54,612 nucleotides of DNA from an uncultured Collinsella sp. (GTDB taxonomy: Bacteria; Actinomycetota; Coriobacteriia; Coriobacteriales; Coriobacteriaceae), in assembly GCA_902494935.1 (NCBI GenBank), contig CABUVH010000001.1, positions 1 through 54,612 on the forward strand, in the 5' to 3' direction. This document shows positions 36,087-45,645 of the stretch, one piece after another. Every line of letters starts with the position of its first letter. Position 1 is the stretch's first letter. The notes under the pieces are model-generated. The model was not told the DNA's origin. It saw nothing but the letters and a program-made list of their open reading frames with translations, and ran no database searches. Position numbers and translations under genes: made by a program.

Positions 36087-37004
36087 CTATTTTTGAAAAA
36101 GTTTGCAGGCATTTTCCCAAGCTGCTCGCGCGATTGCCTCAGCATCCTCGCCGGTACGATCGACACGGTCGTTGACCAGCGTGTTTGCCGTGATAGAAAT
36201 CATTGCCGGCTCGCACTCAAGACCACGAATGGGCTCCGGCGCCATATACGGGCAATCCGTCTCGAACAAAATGCGATCGAGCGGGGTTGCCGCAAATGCC
36301 TCGCGCACGTCGTCGTTGCGCTTAAAGGTGGCCGCGCCGCCATAGGCGATATAGCAGCCCAAACCCACAAAGCGCTCCATCGTGGCGCGATCTTCGCCAA
36401 AGCAGTGCAGCACGCAACCGGCCTGAGGCACGCCTACCTCGCGCAGCACGTTGTACGCATCAACGTGCGAAGTGCGCTCCCCATCCGAGTCCTCGTGCCG
36501 CAGGTGCAGCTCCACCGGCACGTTACGACGCACGGCAACTTCGAGCTGACGTGCCATGCAATCAATCTGCACACTGTGGGGCGCCGGCGCGATGTCGTCG
36601 TCGTAATCCATGTGATAGTCCAGACCGATCTCGCCGATGCCGACGCACAAAGGGTCATCAAGCGCAGCAACAACCTGTGCGTGAATGTCGTCGGTATAAT
36701 CCGGCGCGCCATAGGGGTGAACGCCAGCGAGATACTTGATCTGCGGAATATCCCGCATCGGCAGAATTTCGCGCACGAGCCAGTCGCTATAGTCCGTCAC
36801 GCTGCGCTTGTCGGCGATGGGGTCGAGCATCGTCACCAACAGATCGACGCCCGCGGCTTTGGCGCGCACGAGCGTTTCGGGCACTTCTTTGCCCCAAAAC
36901 GAAAGCAGATGCGCATGCGTGTCGGCAAGCGGTGCCAAGGGCACGGGGCAGGCAACCGTCTTCTTTTTCTTGGTAAACGTCACGCGTTCGGCATTAAGCG
37001 TCAT
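36087..37004 (-). CDS. tatD: TatD family hydrolase/deoxyribonuclease
   Basis: DTHAH, GVHP, GEIGLDY, LHCF, ETDCPY. Confidence 0.92.
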   Translation of the reverse strand: MTLNAERVTFTKKKKTVACPVPLAPLADTHAHLLSFWGKEVPETLVRAKAAGVDLLVTMLDPIADKRSVTDYSDWLVREILPMRDIPQIKYLAGVHPYGAPDYTDDIHAQVVAALDDPLCVGIGEIGLDYHMDYDDDIAPAPHSVQIDCMARQLEVAVRRNVPVELHLRHEDSDGERTSHVDAYNVLREVGVPQAGCVLHCFGEDRATMERFVGLGCYIAYGGAATFKRNDDVREAFAATPLDRILFETDCPYMAPEPIRGLECEPAMISITANTLVNDRVDRTGEDAEAIARAAWENACKLFQK

Positions 37005-37854
37005 GGATTAGCTCCTGGACCAGGCGGACAAAGTCAGCAACATCGAGCGTCTCGGCGCGCGTGGTGGGTGAGATACCGCAAGCCTCAAAGGCGGCATCGA
37101 GCACGTCCTTGGCAAAGCCGTTGGCGCTCATGGAATTGCGGATGGTCTTGCGACGCTGAGCAAATGCGGCGTCAATCACGCGGGCCACAAACTCGCGATC
37201 GAGTCCTTCGGGCACCACGCCGTCAACACGGTCGATACGCACGACGGCCGAGTCCACGTGCGGTGCCGGCATAAAGCAACGCGGCGGCACCTCAAAGCGA
37301 CCCGTCACCTGCGCATACAGGCCGAGCTTTGCCGTATAGCCGCCATAGGTCTTATTGCCCGGCACTGCGGCAATGCGATCGGCAACCTCCTTTTGAACCA
37401 TGACGACGGCGCGCTTGAGCGCGGGCATCGTCTGGAAGAACTGCAGGATGATCGTCGCCGCCACGTTATAGGGCAGGTTCGCGACAAATACCGTCGGCTC
37501 ACCGCCCGCAACCTGCTCAATCTGCTCCGGCGTCACCCTGAGCGCGTCGCCCATGATAAAGCGGAAGTTGGCGTAGTCAGCGGCATGGGCATCGAGCACC
37601 GGCTCGAGCTCGGGGTCGGCCTCGATCGACGTGACGCACGCCGCCTCCTGCAGCAGCGCAAGCGTGAGCGTACCAACGCCCGGACCGACCTCGAGCACGC
37701 GCTCATCGCCCGCAAGCTCGGAAAGCTCGCAAATGCGCTCAATTACATGGTTGTCGATCAGGAAGTTCTGGCCCAGGCGATGCTTGGTCGCAAGGCCAAA
37801 CTCCTCCAGCAGCTCCCTTGTTGCCGTGGGGTTTGCCAAAGGCGAAGTTGTCAT
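36994..37854 (-). CDS. rsmA: 16S rRNA adenine dimethyltransferase RsmA/KsgA
   Basis: LGQNFL, LEVGPGVG, ANLPYN, MVQKEVA, FAQRRKT, RAETL. Confidence 0.96.
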   Translation of the reverse strand: MTTSPLANPTATRELLEEFGLATKHRLGQNFLIDNHVIERICELSELAGDERVLEVGPGVGTLTLALLQEAACVTSIEADPELEPVLDAHAADYANFRFIMGDALRVTPEQIEQVAGGEPTVFVANLPYNVAATIILQFFQTMPALKRAVVMVQKEVADRIAAVPGNKTYGGYTAKLGLYAQVTGRFEVPPRCFMPAPHVDSAVVRIDRVDGVVPEGLDREFVARVIDAAFAQRRKTIRNSMSANGFAKDVLDAAFEACGISPTTRAETLDVADFVRLVQELIHDA

Positions 37855-37890
37855 AGTTGCCTCCTTAGCATGGTGGCGGCGTCTTGAAAT

Positions 37891-37922
37891 AAAAGGGCAT
37901 GGACCGTTGCGGCCATGCCCTT
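37891..37922 (-). terminator. Intrinsic terminator after metG
   Basis: AAGGGCATGG/CCATGCCCTT stem plus T-tract. Confidence 0.7.
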
Positions 37923-37961
37923 ACATCTAAACAGCAAATTGCCGATATGGCGCGCGGCAGC

Positions 37962-39563
37962 TTAGCCCAGACGCGGGAACAGCGGCTCGCCCTTCTCGAC
38001 GGGCTGACCACCGGCAAGCAAGCCCCAAGCGCAAATGCCCTTGAGGTCGTCGCTCGCGGCCTCGTCCTCGCACGACAGGCGGCGCAGGGCCTCGGCAGAA
38101 GTCTGGGGCATGAGCGGCATCAGCAGGTGAGCGGCAATGCGGATAGCCTCGAGCAGGTTGTAGATCACAAATGCCAGCTCGTCAGCCTTGGTCTCGTCCT
38201 TGGCAAGCGCCCAGGGCTCGGAGTCCTCGATGTAGTGGTTGGCGGCATGGATGAGCTCCATGACCTCGTCCTTAGCTCCACCGTAATCGAGCACGTCCAT
38301 CTTGGCCATGTAGCGCTCGACCAGGCCATCGGCGATCTTTGCCAGCGGGTTTTCGAACGCATCGAACGACGCGGGCTTGGCGGGCGCGCAACCGTCAAAG
38401 TACTTGCCGCTCATGTTGAGCGAACGCGAGATAAGGTTGCCCCAGCTGTTGGCCAGGTCGGCGTTGTAGACCTGCTCCATGCGATCGAAGCTGATGGCAC
38501 CGTCGGTGCCGGGGACGACGTCGGTCATGAAGTAATAGCGATAGCCCTCGACGCCCAGCATGTCGATAACGTCCTGCGGAGCGATGGCGTTGCCGCGGCT
38601 CTTGGACATCTTTTCGGCCTTGCCGGTCTCGGCATTGCGCACGGTCAGGAAGCCGTGGGCAAAGACGTGCTCGGGCAGGGCCTCGCCGATGGCCATGAGC
38701 ATGGCGGGCCAAATGACGCAGTGGAAGCGGATGATGTCCTTACCCACGATGTGGAACTGCGCGGGCCAGCGATAGGCCAGCTCGGCACGCGCCTCGTCGG
38801 TGTCGACACCGTAGCCGACGGCCGTCATATAGTTGAGCAGCGCATCGAACCACACGTAAGTCACGTGGCCCTCGTCAAACGGGACCTGAATGCCCCAGTC
38901 AAAGCTCGTGCGGCTTACGGAAAGATCGTTAAGCCCGCCCTCGACAAAGCTGCGCACCTCGTTCATGCGGAACGCAGGCTCGACAAAGTCGGGGTGCTCA
39001 TCATAGAGCTTGAGCAGCTTATCCTGGAAGGCGGAAAGCTTAAAGAAGTAGGACTCCTCCTGCACGCGCTCAAGCGGACGGTGGCAGTCGGGGCACAGGT
39101 GCTGGCCGACGCTGCCGTACTCCTCGTCGCCCTTCTGGACCTGCGTATCGGTGAAGTAGGTCTCGTCAGGCACGCAATACCAGCCGTCGTAGCTGCCCTT
39201 ATACAGGTAACCGGACTCCTTCATGCGCTCCCACAGGTACTGCACGGCATGATGCTGGCGCGGCTCGGTGGTGCGGATGAAGTCGTCGTTGGAAATCTCG
39301 AGCTTGCTCCAAAGCTCCTTGAAGTGCGGAGCCTGGCTGTCGGTCCACTCCTGCGGCGTCATACCATGCTTGGCTGCGGCCTCGGCGACCTTCTCGCCGT
39401 GCTCGTCCATGCCGGTCAGGAACTTGACGTTATAGCCGGCGGAGCGGCGATAGCGAGCCTGAACGTCGGCGATGATGGTGGAATAAGCCGTGCCCAGGTG
39501 CGGATCGGCGTTGACGTAGTAGATGGGCGTCGTGATAAAGAACGAAGGCTTGCTTTGATCCAT
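37962..39563 (-). CDS. metG: Methionine--tRNA ligase (short form without the C-terminal tRNA-binding domain)
   Basis: TTPIYYVN..PHLG, TGMDEHG, YVWFDAL, GKDIIRFH, KMSKS, PLFPRL end. Confidence 0.96.
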   Translation of the reverse strand: MDQSKPSFFITTPIYYVNADPHLGTAYSTIIADVQARYRRSAGYNVKFLTGMDEHGEKVAEAAAKHGMTPQEWTDSQAPHFKELWSKLEISNDDFIRTTEPRQHHAVQYLWERMKESGYLYKGSYDGWYCVPDETYFTDTQVQKGDEEYGSVGQHLCPDCHRPLERVQEESYFFKLSAFQDKLLKLYDEHPDFVEPAFRMNEVRSFVEGGLNDLSVSRTSFDWGIQVPFDEGHVTYVWFDALLNYMTAVGYGVDTDEARAELAYRWPAQFHIVGKDIIRFHCVIWPAMLMAIGEALPEHVFAHGFLTVRNAETGKAEKMSKSRGNAIAPQDVIDMLGVEGYRYYFMTDVVPGTDGAISFDRMEQVYNADLANSWGNLISRSLNMSGKYFDGCAPAKPASFDAFENPLAKIADGLVERYMAKMDVLDYGGAKDEVMELIHAANHYIEDSEPWALAKDETKADELAFVIYNLLEAIRIAAHLLMPLMPQTSAEALRRLSCEDEAASDDLKGICAWGLLAGGQPVEKGEPLFPRLG

Positions 39564-39632
39564 GGGGTTTGTCCTCCAGAAAAACGTTGCATACAGGGGA
39601 TGATTCTAGCGCAAGGGCTGGATATCCTCCAT

Positions 39633-40511
39633 CTATTGCATATCGAGCACCATGGCATAGACATCGCGCTTGCGGCGCGAATGCTTCTGAGACAGGCGCT
39701 TGGCCACGGCAGAGGCGGGCTCCCCCTCCTCGAGCGCGGCGCGGATATCCTCGCGCAGGGCCTCGTCGGGATCCGCTGCCGCGGCGCCAACCGGCACGAT
39801 ACCGGCCTCCTCATCCTCGCTCGGCGGCGCGATGACCAGCGCAATCTCGCCCTTTACCTCGCCGCGAGCACGCAGCTCCTCGGCAAGCTGGGTGGCGGGC
39901 CCACGCAAGACCTCCTCGTGCAGCTTGGTGAGTTCGCGGCAGACGGCAACCTCACGCTGGGAAAAAACCTCTGCCACGGCCTCGAGCGTAGCCACGATGC
40001 GATGTGGAGACTCGTAGAAGATGAGTGCGCCGGGCACCACGGCAAGGCGCTGCAAACGGCGCACGCGGTCGCCGTGCTTTCGGCCCAAAAAGCCCTCGAA
40101 GAAAAAATGCTCGCAGGGAATGCCGGACGAAACGAGCGCCGTGACGCAAGCAGAGGGCCCGGGAATAACTTCGACGGGCACATCGGCCTCACGCGCCGCC
40201 TCAACCAGCGCCTGGCCGGGATCGGACACGCTCGGCATGCCGGCGTCCGAGGCAAAGGCGAGGGTCTCCCCCGCCAGCAGGCGGTCGACCAGGCCGGCGG
40301 CGCGACTGGCGATCACATTCTCGTCGCAACGGACAAGCGGCTTGGAAATGCCCAGATGCATCAGCAGCTTTGACGTCACACGCGTGTCTTCGCAGCAAAT
40401 GGCATCGGCGGCGGCAAAGGCCTCGCCAACGCGCGGGGACAGGTCGCCCAGGTTGCCGATGGGCGTGCCGACCACATAGAGTTTGCCCGTATGGGCGCTG
40501 TTTTGCGTCAT
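39633..40511 (-). CDS. rsmI: 16S rRNA (cytidine1402-2'-O)-methyltransferase
   Basis: LYVVGTPIGNLGD, CEDTR, SDAGMPSVSDPG, FYESPHR, RELTKLHEE. Confidence 0.96.
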   Translation of the reverse strand: MTQNSAHTGKLYVVGTPIGNLGDLSPRVGEAFAAADAICCEDTRVTSKLLMHLGISKPLVRCDENVIASRAAGLVDRLLAGETLAFASDAGMPSVSDPGQALVEAAREADVPVEVIPGPSACVTALVSSGIPCEHFFFEGFLGRKHGDRVRRLQRLAVVPGALIFYESPHRIVATLEAVAEVFSQREVAVCRELTKLHEEVLRGPATQLAEELRARGEVKGEIALVIAPPSEDEEAGIVPVGAAAADPDEALREDIRAALEEGEPASAVAKRLSQKHSRRKRDVYAMVLDMQ

Positions 40512-40517
40512 ATCAAC

Positions 40518-41579
40518 CTATTCAATCATGCCGCGCTCGAGCGTACCGAGTGCCGCGCGGGCGTCCCATGCTGCAATGCGCTTCTCGGTCTTCCACGTTT
40601 GGAAGAACCAACCGGCAGCCGGCGCAAACGAAGCCAGCTGGTTGGCGATAAACACGCGCTCGTAGGCATTGCGGCCCTCGGGCGTAACCGACGAGTTGGC
40701 AAAGATCGCCGCGCCCGACCATTCGCCCACCAGCACGGGGAACCCTGTCGAGATCGCTTCTTTAAGCTCGCGCTTGTTACGCGAAATCGCCGTCGTCAGC
40801 CCGCGGGGGCTCGTGATGTCGAGCGCATACTCGTCGCGGTAATGGTACAGGTGAAGGTCCATGTAGACGTTCTTGTACTTGGCACCGCGCATAAAATGCT
40901 TCCACTCGCTGGGATGCCCCGACGACGAGAAGACGACGATCTTATCCTCGGGCATATACGAACGGACGAGCTCGTAGGCATCGCGATAGAAATTGCGCAA
41001 GTAGTGGGCCGGAATTCCATCCGTCATGGTAAAGAGGCTCTTGCGGACGCTCATCTGCGGCGTATCCAACAGCTCAATGCCCAGCAGGCTCTCGGCCTCG
41101 CCGTAGCGATCGGCCAAGCGCTCGAGCACGTCGAGTGCGACATGACGGCCGTTGGTGGACGAATGCCACTCGGCAACAGCCTCCGGCGTGGTGGGCGAAT
41201 CGTTGGAATCGCCCTGGCCACCGGGCACCGTCGCCAGATCGAGCAGCACGCGGATATCGTACTTGGCAGCCCACTCAATCGCACGGTCGATGTAGTCGAC
41301 AACCGAGATGTAGGACGCATCGGCCTCCTGCGAACCAAAGGCATACCAGGGCACCGGCAGACGCACGGCATTGAGACCGACCTGCGCCATGCGGCGAAAA
41401 TCGTCCTCACTCACAAACGTCTCGTAATGACGGCGCATGCGCTCGTTATAGGCGGCGGTGCCCATGGCCTCCTGCAGCTCGGCCGCGTTGGATGCACCGG
41501 TCGCCGCGTATAGCGACGGGGTCACCCAAGGCTCGGGAATAAACCAGCCAGAGAGATTAACGCCGAGTATCCTCTCCAT
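40518..41579 (-). CDS. Glycoside hydrolase family 5-like protein (exo-1,3-beta-glucanase-like) with atypical acid/base site
   Basis: GVNLSGWFIPEPWVTPSL, GLNAVRLPV, VLLDL, DLHLY, VLVGEWS, GWFFQTWK; GIELLDTP in place of GIELLNEP. Confidence 0.85.
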   Translation of the reverse strand: MERILGVNLSGWFIPEPWVTPSLYAATGASNAAELQEAMGTAAYNERMRRHYETFVSEDDFRRMAQVGLNAVRLPVPWYAFGSQEADASYISVVDYIDRAIEWAAKYDIRVLLDLATVPGGQGDSNDSPTTPEAVAEWHSSTNGRHVALDVLERLADRYGEAESLLGIELLDTPQMSVRKSLFTMTDGIPAHYLRNFYRDAYELVRSYMPEDKIVVFSSSGHPSEWKHFMRGAKYKNVYMDLHLYHYRDEYALDITSPRGLTTAISRNKRELKEAISTGFPVLVGEWSGAAIFANSSVTPEGRNAYERVFIANQLASFAPAAGWFFQTWKTEKRIAAWDARAALGTLERGMIE

Positions 41580-41821
41580 CACTGCCCCCTTCGGATCGTG
41601 CAGGCCAAACCTGCATCGTATTGCATAGGAAAAGTATCGTTTTGAGTATACCCGCGTGTGCGGACAGACGACCGAACGGTCTGTAAAGTGGCGCAAAAGC
41701 GGGAGGAATGTCTGGGGCGAGCGGGGTCAAGATGACGTACCGAGATGCGCATACACGCCGAGGGCAGGCGCCGGAAAGCGCATTCCATTCTTTCGCTCAT
41801 TAATGGGATGCGCTTTCCGCG

Positions 41822-42056
41822 GGTCCACATAAAAGAAAAGGACCCCTTTGCAGAGGTCCTAGTCAATTCAAGGTGGCGGGGAAGGGAATCGCGTCCGCGC
41901 GCTGCGCGGACGGACCGCCGCGGCGCTTGCGCGCCTTGCGAGCTACGCTGGAAAACGCTTGCGCGTTTCCTCAGCTCCGCGCCCTCACGGGGTTCGATTC
42001 CATGCATGGTCCACATAAAAGAAAAGGACCCCTTTGCAGAGGTCCTAGTCAATTCA
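41822..42056 (-). repeat. tRNA-linked tandem unit, 186-bp period, behind tRNA-Phe
   Basis: 41822-41891 is an exact 70-bp repeat of 42008-42077, including the tRNA 3' end; three-hairpin core 41892-41988; inverted T-loop 41989-42001. Confidence 0.88.
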
Positions 42057-42059
42057 AGG

Positions 42060-42132
<73 letters not shown>

Positions 42133-42164
42133 ATTTGAGGTGTGCCTTGTTTCAAGGCTTGACT

Positions 42165-42192
42165 AGTATAACCAAGGACGCGCTCCGGTCAA
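42165..42192 (-). promoter_or_regulatory. Sigma70-type promoter of tRNA-Phe
   Basis: TTGACC-16 bp-TATACT with upstream A/T tracts. Confidence 0.7.
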
Positions 42193-42267
42193 CCGAGAAT
42201 TTAAAAAAAGTTTTTGAGCACGGCGCCAGCCACAAGGCCGACCCTATAGAACAGCACGTTAGAGACA

Positions 42268-42555
42268 TCAACCCACCGCAAGAAGTTTTTCGCTCAAGGC
42301 TGCACGGGCAAACTCACTTGGCGTCATTCCTTCAGCCGCCGCCCGACGACGAATCGCCTCCTTCATCCCTAGGGGAATCTTGACCGATAGCGTTGCCGTC
42401 CCTTCGCTTGAGAGCGGAGGCCGCCCGTGCACGATCCCCCCAACGGTATGCTCGCCGTCCGGAAACCCGCCATGCTCGTACGACTCGCACCACGCGTCAA
42501 TCATTTCATCCGTTACAACCTGACCATTGGCAGCCGTATACGCCTTGCTCATCAT
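42268..42555 (-). CDS. Ribbon-helix-helix (CopG-like) protein, antitoxin-like
   Basis: Acidic N-terminus, GRPP linker, TLSVKIP strand followed by two helices (EAIRRRAAAEGMTPSEFARAAL). Confidence 0.8.
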   Translation of the reverse strand: MMSKAYTAANGQVVTDEMIDAWCESYEHGGFPDGEHTVGGIVHGRPPLSSEGTATLSVKIPLGMKEAIRRRAAAEGMTPSEFARAALSEKLLAVG

Positions 42556-42647
42556 CGACCCCTCTGCCGAGCTTGCTCGATCTCTTGCCAGAATTTCTCC
42601 TCCATCTTACCCAATTTCGTATGACGAAAGTCCGCTGTCGCCAATTC

Positions 42648-43007
42648 TTACGCCGGCACTTGTTGGAGGGCGGGAGGTGTAGCGAGAATTGAAGGGCGTT
42701 CCAGTACCGCCCAGGCACCGGGGCAGGAACACATGCGCCAAGGACGGACGTTTTCGTAGCATGCGAGGATGCTGCCGTTGCGGTCGATAAAGGCAATGTC
42801 GATGGGATAGGCCATAAAGCAGGTGTGGACCGAAGAGCAGCGTGGGAACGCCATGACGAGCGGCAACCCGTTGGCGGCAATCGGAGACCGTCCCAGCATG
42901 CCGCGCAGGCGCACGGCAAACGACTCCGCCACCACAAACTCGGCAGGCGTCCAACCCAGCCTGTTGAGCGCCCGCGCGTAGGCAATGTAGGATGAGACCG
43001 CGGTCAC
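42648..43007 (-). CDS. DUF192 family protein, last gene of the Tad cluster
   Basis: RLRGMLGR, SVHTCFMAYPIDIAFID, VRPWR, VLE; GTGA overlap with the upstream stop. Confidence 0.8.
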   Translation of the reverse strand: MTAVSSYIAYARALNRLGWTPAEFVVAESFAVRLRGMLGRSPIAANGLPLVMAFPRCSSVHTCFMAYPIDIAFIDRNGSILACYENVRPWRMCSCPGAWAVLERPSILATPPALQQVPA

Positions 43008-43480
43008 GTGACCACCCCCGGACGCCACGGATCGACCGTCACTGCACGCTCGTGAGACAACTTTGCCGGCGCCCCCAGCGAAACGCCGGCGATGCCGAGC
43101 GAGCTCGGCCACGGCTCATAGCGCATGATGCAGGTATAGGTCCTAAACGTGCCGGAAAGCGAAAGCAGACCGCCATCCGATGTCGTCGCACCCTGTTCGC
43201 TCGAGACCTCGATCTGCAAGTCATAGCCTTCCATGGCATGTTGAATCTGAGCCTGAACGGTCGCGGAGGCATCGATGGAGCTGCCATCGCCCTCCCCGCT
43301 CGGCGCCACGGCATGCGCTAGCACGATATCGGGCACCACGCGATCGAAGCGCGCGACCGCGTCGGCAAAGACCATGACGTTGTACACGATAAGCGCCAGA
43401 ACCAGCAGGACGGGCGTGACCACGGCCATCTCGACCGTCGCCTGGGCGCGCTCCTCGCACAGGCGCGTGCGGATGCCCAT
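43004..43480 (-). CDS. TadE-like minor pilin
   Basis: EERA|QATVEMAVVTPVLLVL class III signal with E+5; TAATG coupling to the upstream gene. Confidence 0.8.
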   Translation of the reverse strand: MGIRTRLCEERAQATVEMAVVTPVLLVLALIVYNVMVFADAVARFDRVVPDIVLAHAVAPSGEGDGSSIDASATVQAQIQHAMEGYDLQIEVSSEQGATTSDGGLLSLSGTFRTYTCIMRYEPWPSSLGIAGVSLGAPAKLSHERAVTVDPWRPGVVT

Positions 43481-45645
43481 TACGACCCACCGCCCAGGGC
43501 ACCCGCCAGTGTGGCGACATCGACGGTAAGTGGGATGGAACCGCCGCCGGGCAGCGGAATCTCCGCAAGCGTGAACACCGTGCCGCTGATGGTGCGCTCG
43601 ACTTGATATTCCAGCGCCTCGCAAAGCGCCTTGGGATCGGTCACGCCCAACGGAATACTTCGTAGCTTGTCCTGCGCATTAGAAAGACCTGTGATGTCAG
43701 ACCCCGGGCTCTTGATGACGTTGGCGGTGTCGGTCAGCACCGGCTTTCGTAGGCGCAAGTCGCACGGCTCCAAGCCCAGCGCCGCCACGGACGCCGAAAC
43801 GGTATCACCAAGCCACGACGCAATGGAACTCAACGCACCGCTGCCCCCTCCCAGATCATCGATCATCTCGTCCATGAGCTCGTCGGCCGAGCCTTGGATG
43901 TCTCCGTATCCCACAAGCAGCCGCCCCCAAACATCCATGACGCCATCGAGTACGCCGACAACGCCACCCGAACGCTCCTCCAGCGTCGAGAAAAACCGCG
44001 AGAGAACGTTGTTCTGCGCCGTCGCGTCATCGGGCGCCAGCACCGCAGCAGAGATCGCGCCGCGATCGCCAAGCCTGACTGTCGTGTTAAACGAAGAGTT
44101 GAGCTCATCGGGGCTCGAGATGGCACCCGAAACCGCAAGGGCGACCACGCCATTGCGGCCGGGCGGGGCGATACGCGGACGCTCGCCCGAAAGCGCTTTA
44201 ATGGCCTCGTCAAACGCATTGCCCGCACGGTCAGCCTCGTCCTCGGTCTGGCGCATGAGCTCAAGCTCTTTGTTGCGGCATTCGACGTAGTCTTCCAGAG
44301 CGTCTTTGAATCGATCAAAGTGGTACTCGAAGCCGTTTTCGATTGAAGTCGAAGGAGCCGCAACGGCGCCGAGCGACGAAACACCAAAATGGCATCTGTT
44401 GCATTTGTCCTGCCCGTCATAAGCAGCGACCGAGGCTAGCCCGCCTGGCGTCCCTTTCTTATAGTTGGGGCAACTCGTTCCGTAATGCAGATACGTCTTG
44501 CCATCATTGGCACTGGCTGGCCACACCGCATCGGTATAGAGTTCCGTCGCTCGCACCTCGTCGGTGTTGCGCGGCAACAGCGGGATATAGAAAGCGACTT
44601 CATCTCCGTCCTCGGTTACATATGCACGATTGACCTCTGTACTCGCATAGGTGTAAAACGCCTTGCGCGCCGCCGACTCCGCCTTCATCTCGACGCTTGA
44701 ACCCTGCGGTTTTTCGTCTGCCAGACGCTGGTGATAGTAGGCCTTCGCGCGATCGAACGCCACCTGTGGCTCCCACGCAACGCTCGAGGCATAATGCGGG
44801 TTCTGCTCACCTGAGAGCTTTGCCAAGCTCCCCGCGCGTTCCCACATACATGAACAGCTGCCAATCGCGTTCTCGTCCGATCCACCGCAGTCGGCAAGCC
44901 AGGCGCGTTCCTTGGCCTTTGACGTTTTCTCGGACGCTTTCTGCAGTTCTTTGGCAGCATAGTCAAGGTCTTTTGAGGCGCTCTCGACGGCATCGGTCGA
45001 GATCTCGGAACCCTCGAGCGCAACGAAATCCGACTCGGACGTCCTGGGCACGGCAAGCGCCGTACCGGTATAGGTCGCGCCCTCGGTTTCCTGCGCCGAC
45101 ACGGCCTGCGTAGCTCGCGCGGCAACCAGATACGGTAGAGCCGTCTCGATTTTCTGCAAGCCCTCAGATGCACTCTTGGCAAACTTGTTGCGCGTTTTAA
45201 TGATCTCGATCCCCGTGTCGACCATATCGCCCGCGGCAAGCTCGGCACCCGGAATAAGGATGGCGACCAAGCCGGTGCCGATCGTGGCAAACCCCGCTAG
45301 GCCCAAGCTCAATATGCTCGCATCCACCACCGTCGCAGCCGTATGGTAGGACGCCACCACATTGGCGCCTGCCAGCGCGCCGCTATCGGCAGCCACCTGG
45401 GTGTCCCCCGCGCGCGACATGCTCCATATCGCCGCCGTCGACGAAAACAGCAACGTGAGCACCACCAAGATGACCACCGCAGAGGAGAGCGTGGTATAGG
45501 CACCGTCTTCGATAAACAGGTCGATCCCGGCTCGACCCATAAAGCCGCCTCGCTTGCAGCGAGCACGCGGTCGGCAACGGCCCGCAAGCCCCCTCGTCAC
45601 CTTCAACAGGCAGCGCTTAATCCCATGCAGCAATCCATGAATCAT
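43480..45645 (-). CDS. Large TadG-like pilin (putative tip subunit) with Cys/His clusters
   Basis: EDG|AYTTLSSAVVILVV then TQVAADSGALAGA (Tad N-terminal motif QxAADxAALAGA); YLHYGTSC...CNRCH; start 45645 (GGAGG) or 45540. Confidence 0.72.
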   Translation of the reverse strand: MIHGLLHGIKRCLLKVTRGLAGRCRPRARCKRGGFMGRAGIDLFIEDGAYTTLSSAVVILVVLTLLFSSTAAIWSMSRAGDTQVAADSGALAGANVVASYHTAATVVDASILSLGLAGFATIGTGLVAILIPGAELAAGDMVDTGIEIIKTRNKFAKSASEGLQKIETALPYLVAARATQAVSAQETEGATYTGTALAVPRTSESDFVALEGSEISTDAVESASKDLDYAAKELQKASEKTSKAKERAWLADCGGSDENAIGSCSCMWERAGSLAKLSGEQNPHYASSVAWEPQVAFDRAKAYYHQRLADEKPQGSSVEMKAESAARKAFYTYASTEVNRAYVTEDGDEVAFYIPLLPRNTDEVRATELYTDAVWPASANDGKTYLHYGTSCPNYKKGTPGGLASVAAYDGQDKCNRCHFGVSSLGAVAAPSTSIENGFEYHFDRFKDALEDYVECRNKELELMRQTEDEADRAGNAFDEAIKALSGERPRIAPPGRNGVVALAVSGAISSPDELNSSFNTTVRLGDRGAISAAVLAPDDATAQNNVLSRFFSTLEERSGGVVGVLDGVMDVWGRLLVGYGDIQGSADELMDEMIDDLGGGSGALSSIASWLGDTVSASVAALGLEPCDLRLRKPVLTDTANVIKSPGSDITGLSNAQDKLRSIPLGVTDPKALCEALEYQVERTISGTVFTLAEIPLPGGGSIPLTVDVATLAGALGGGS

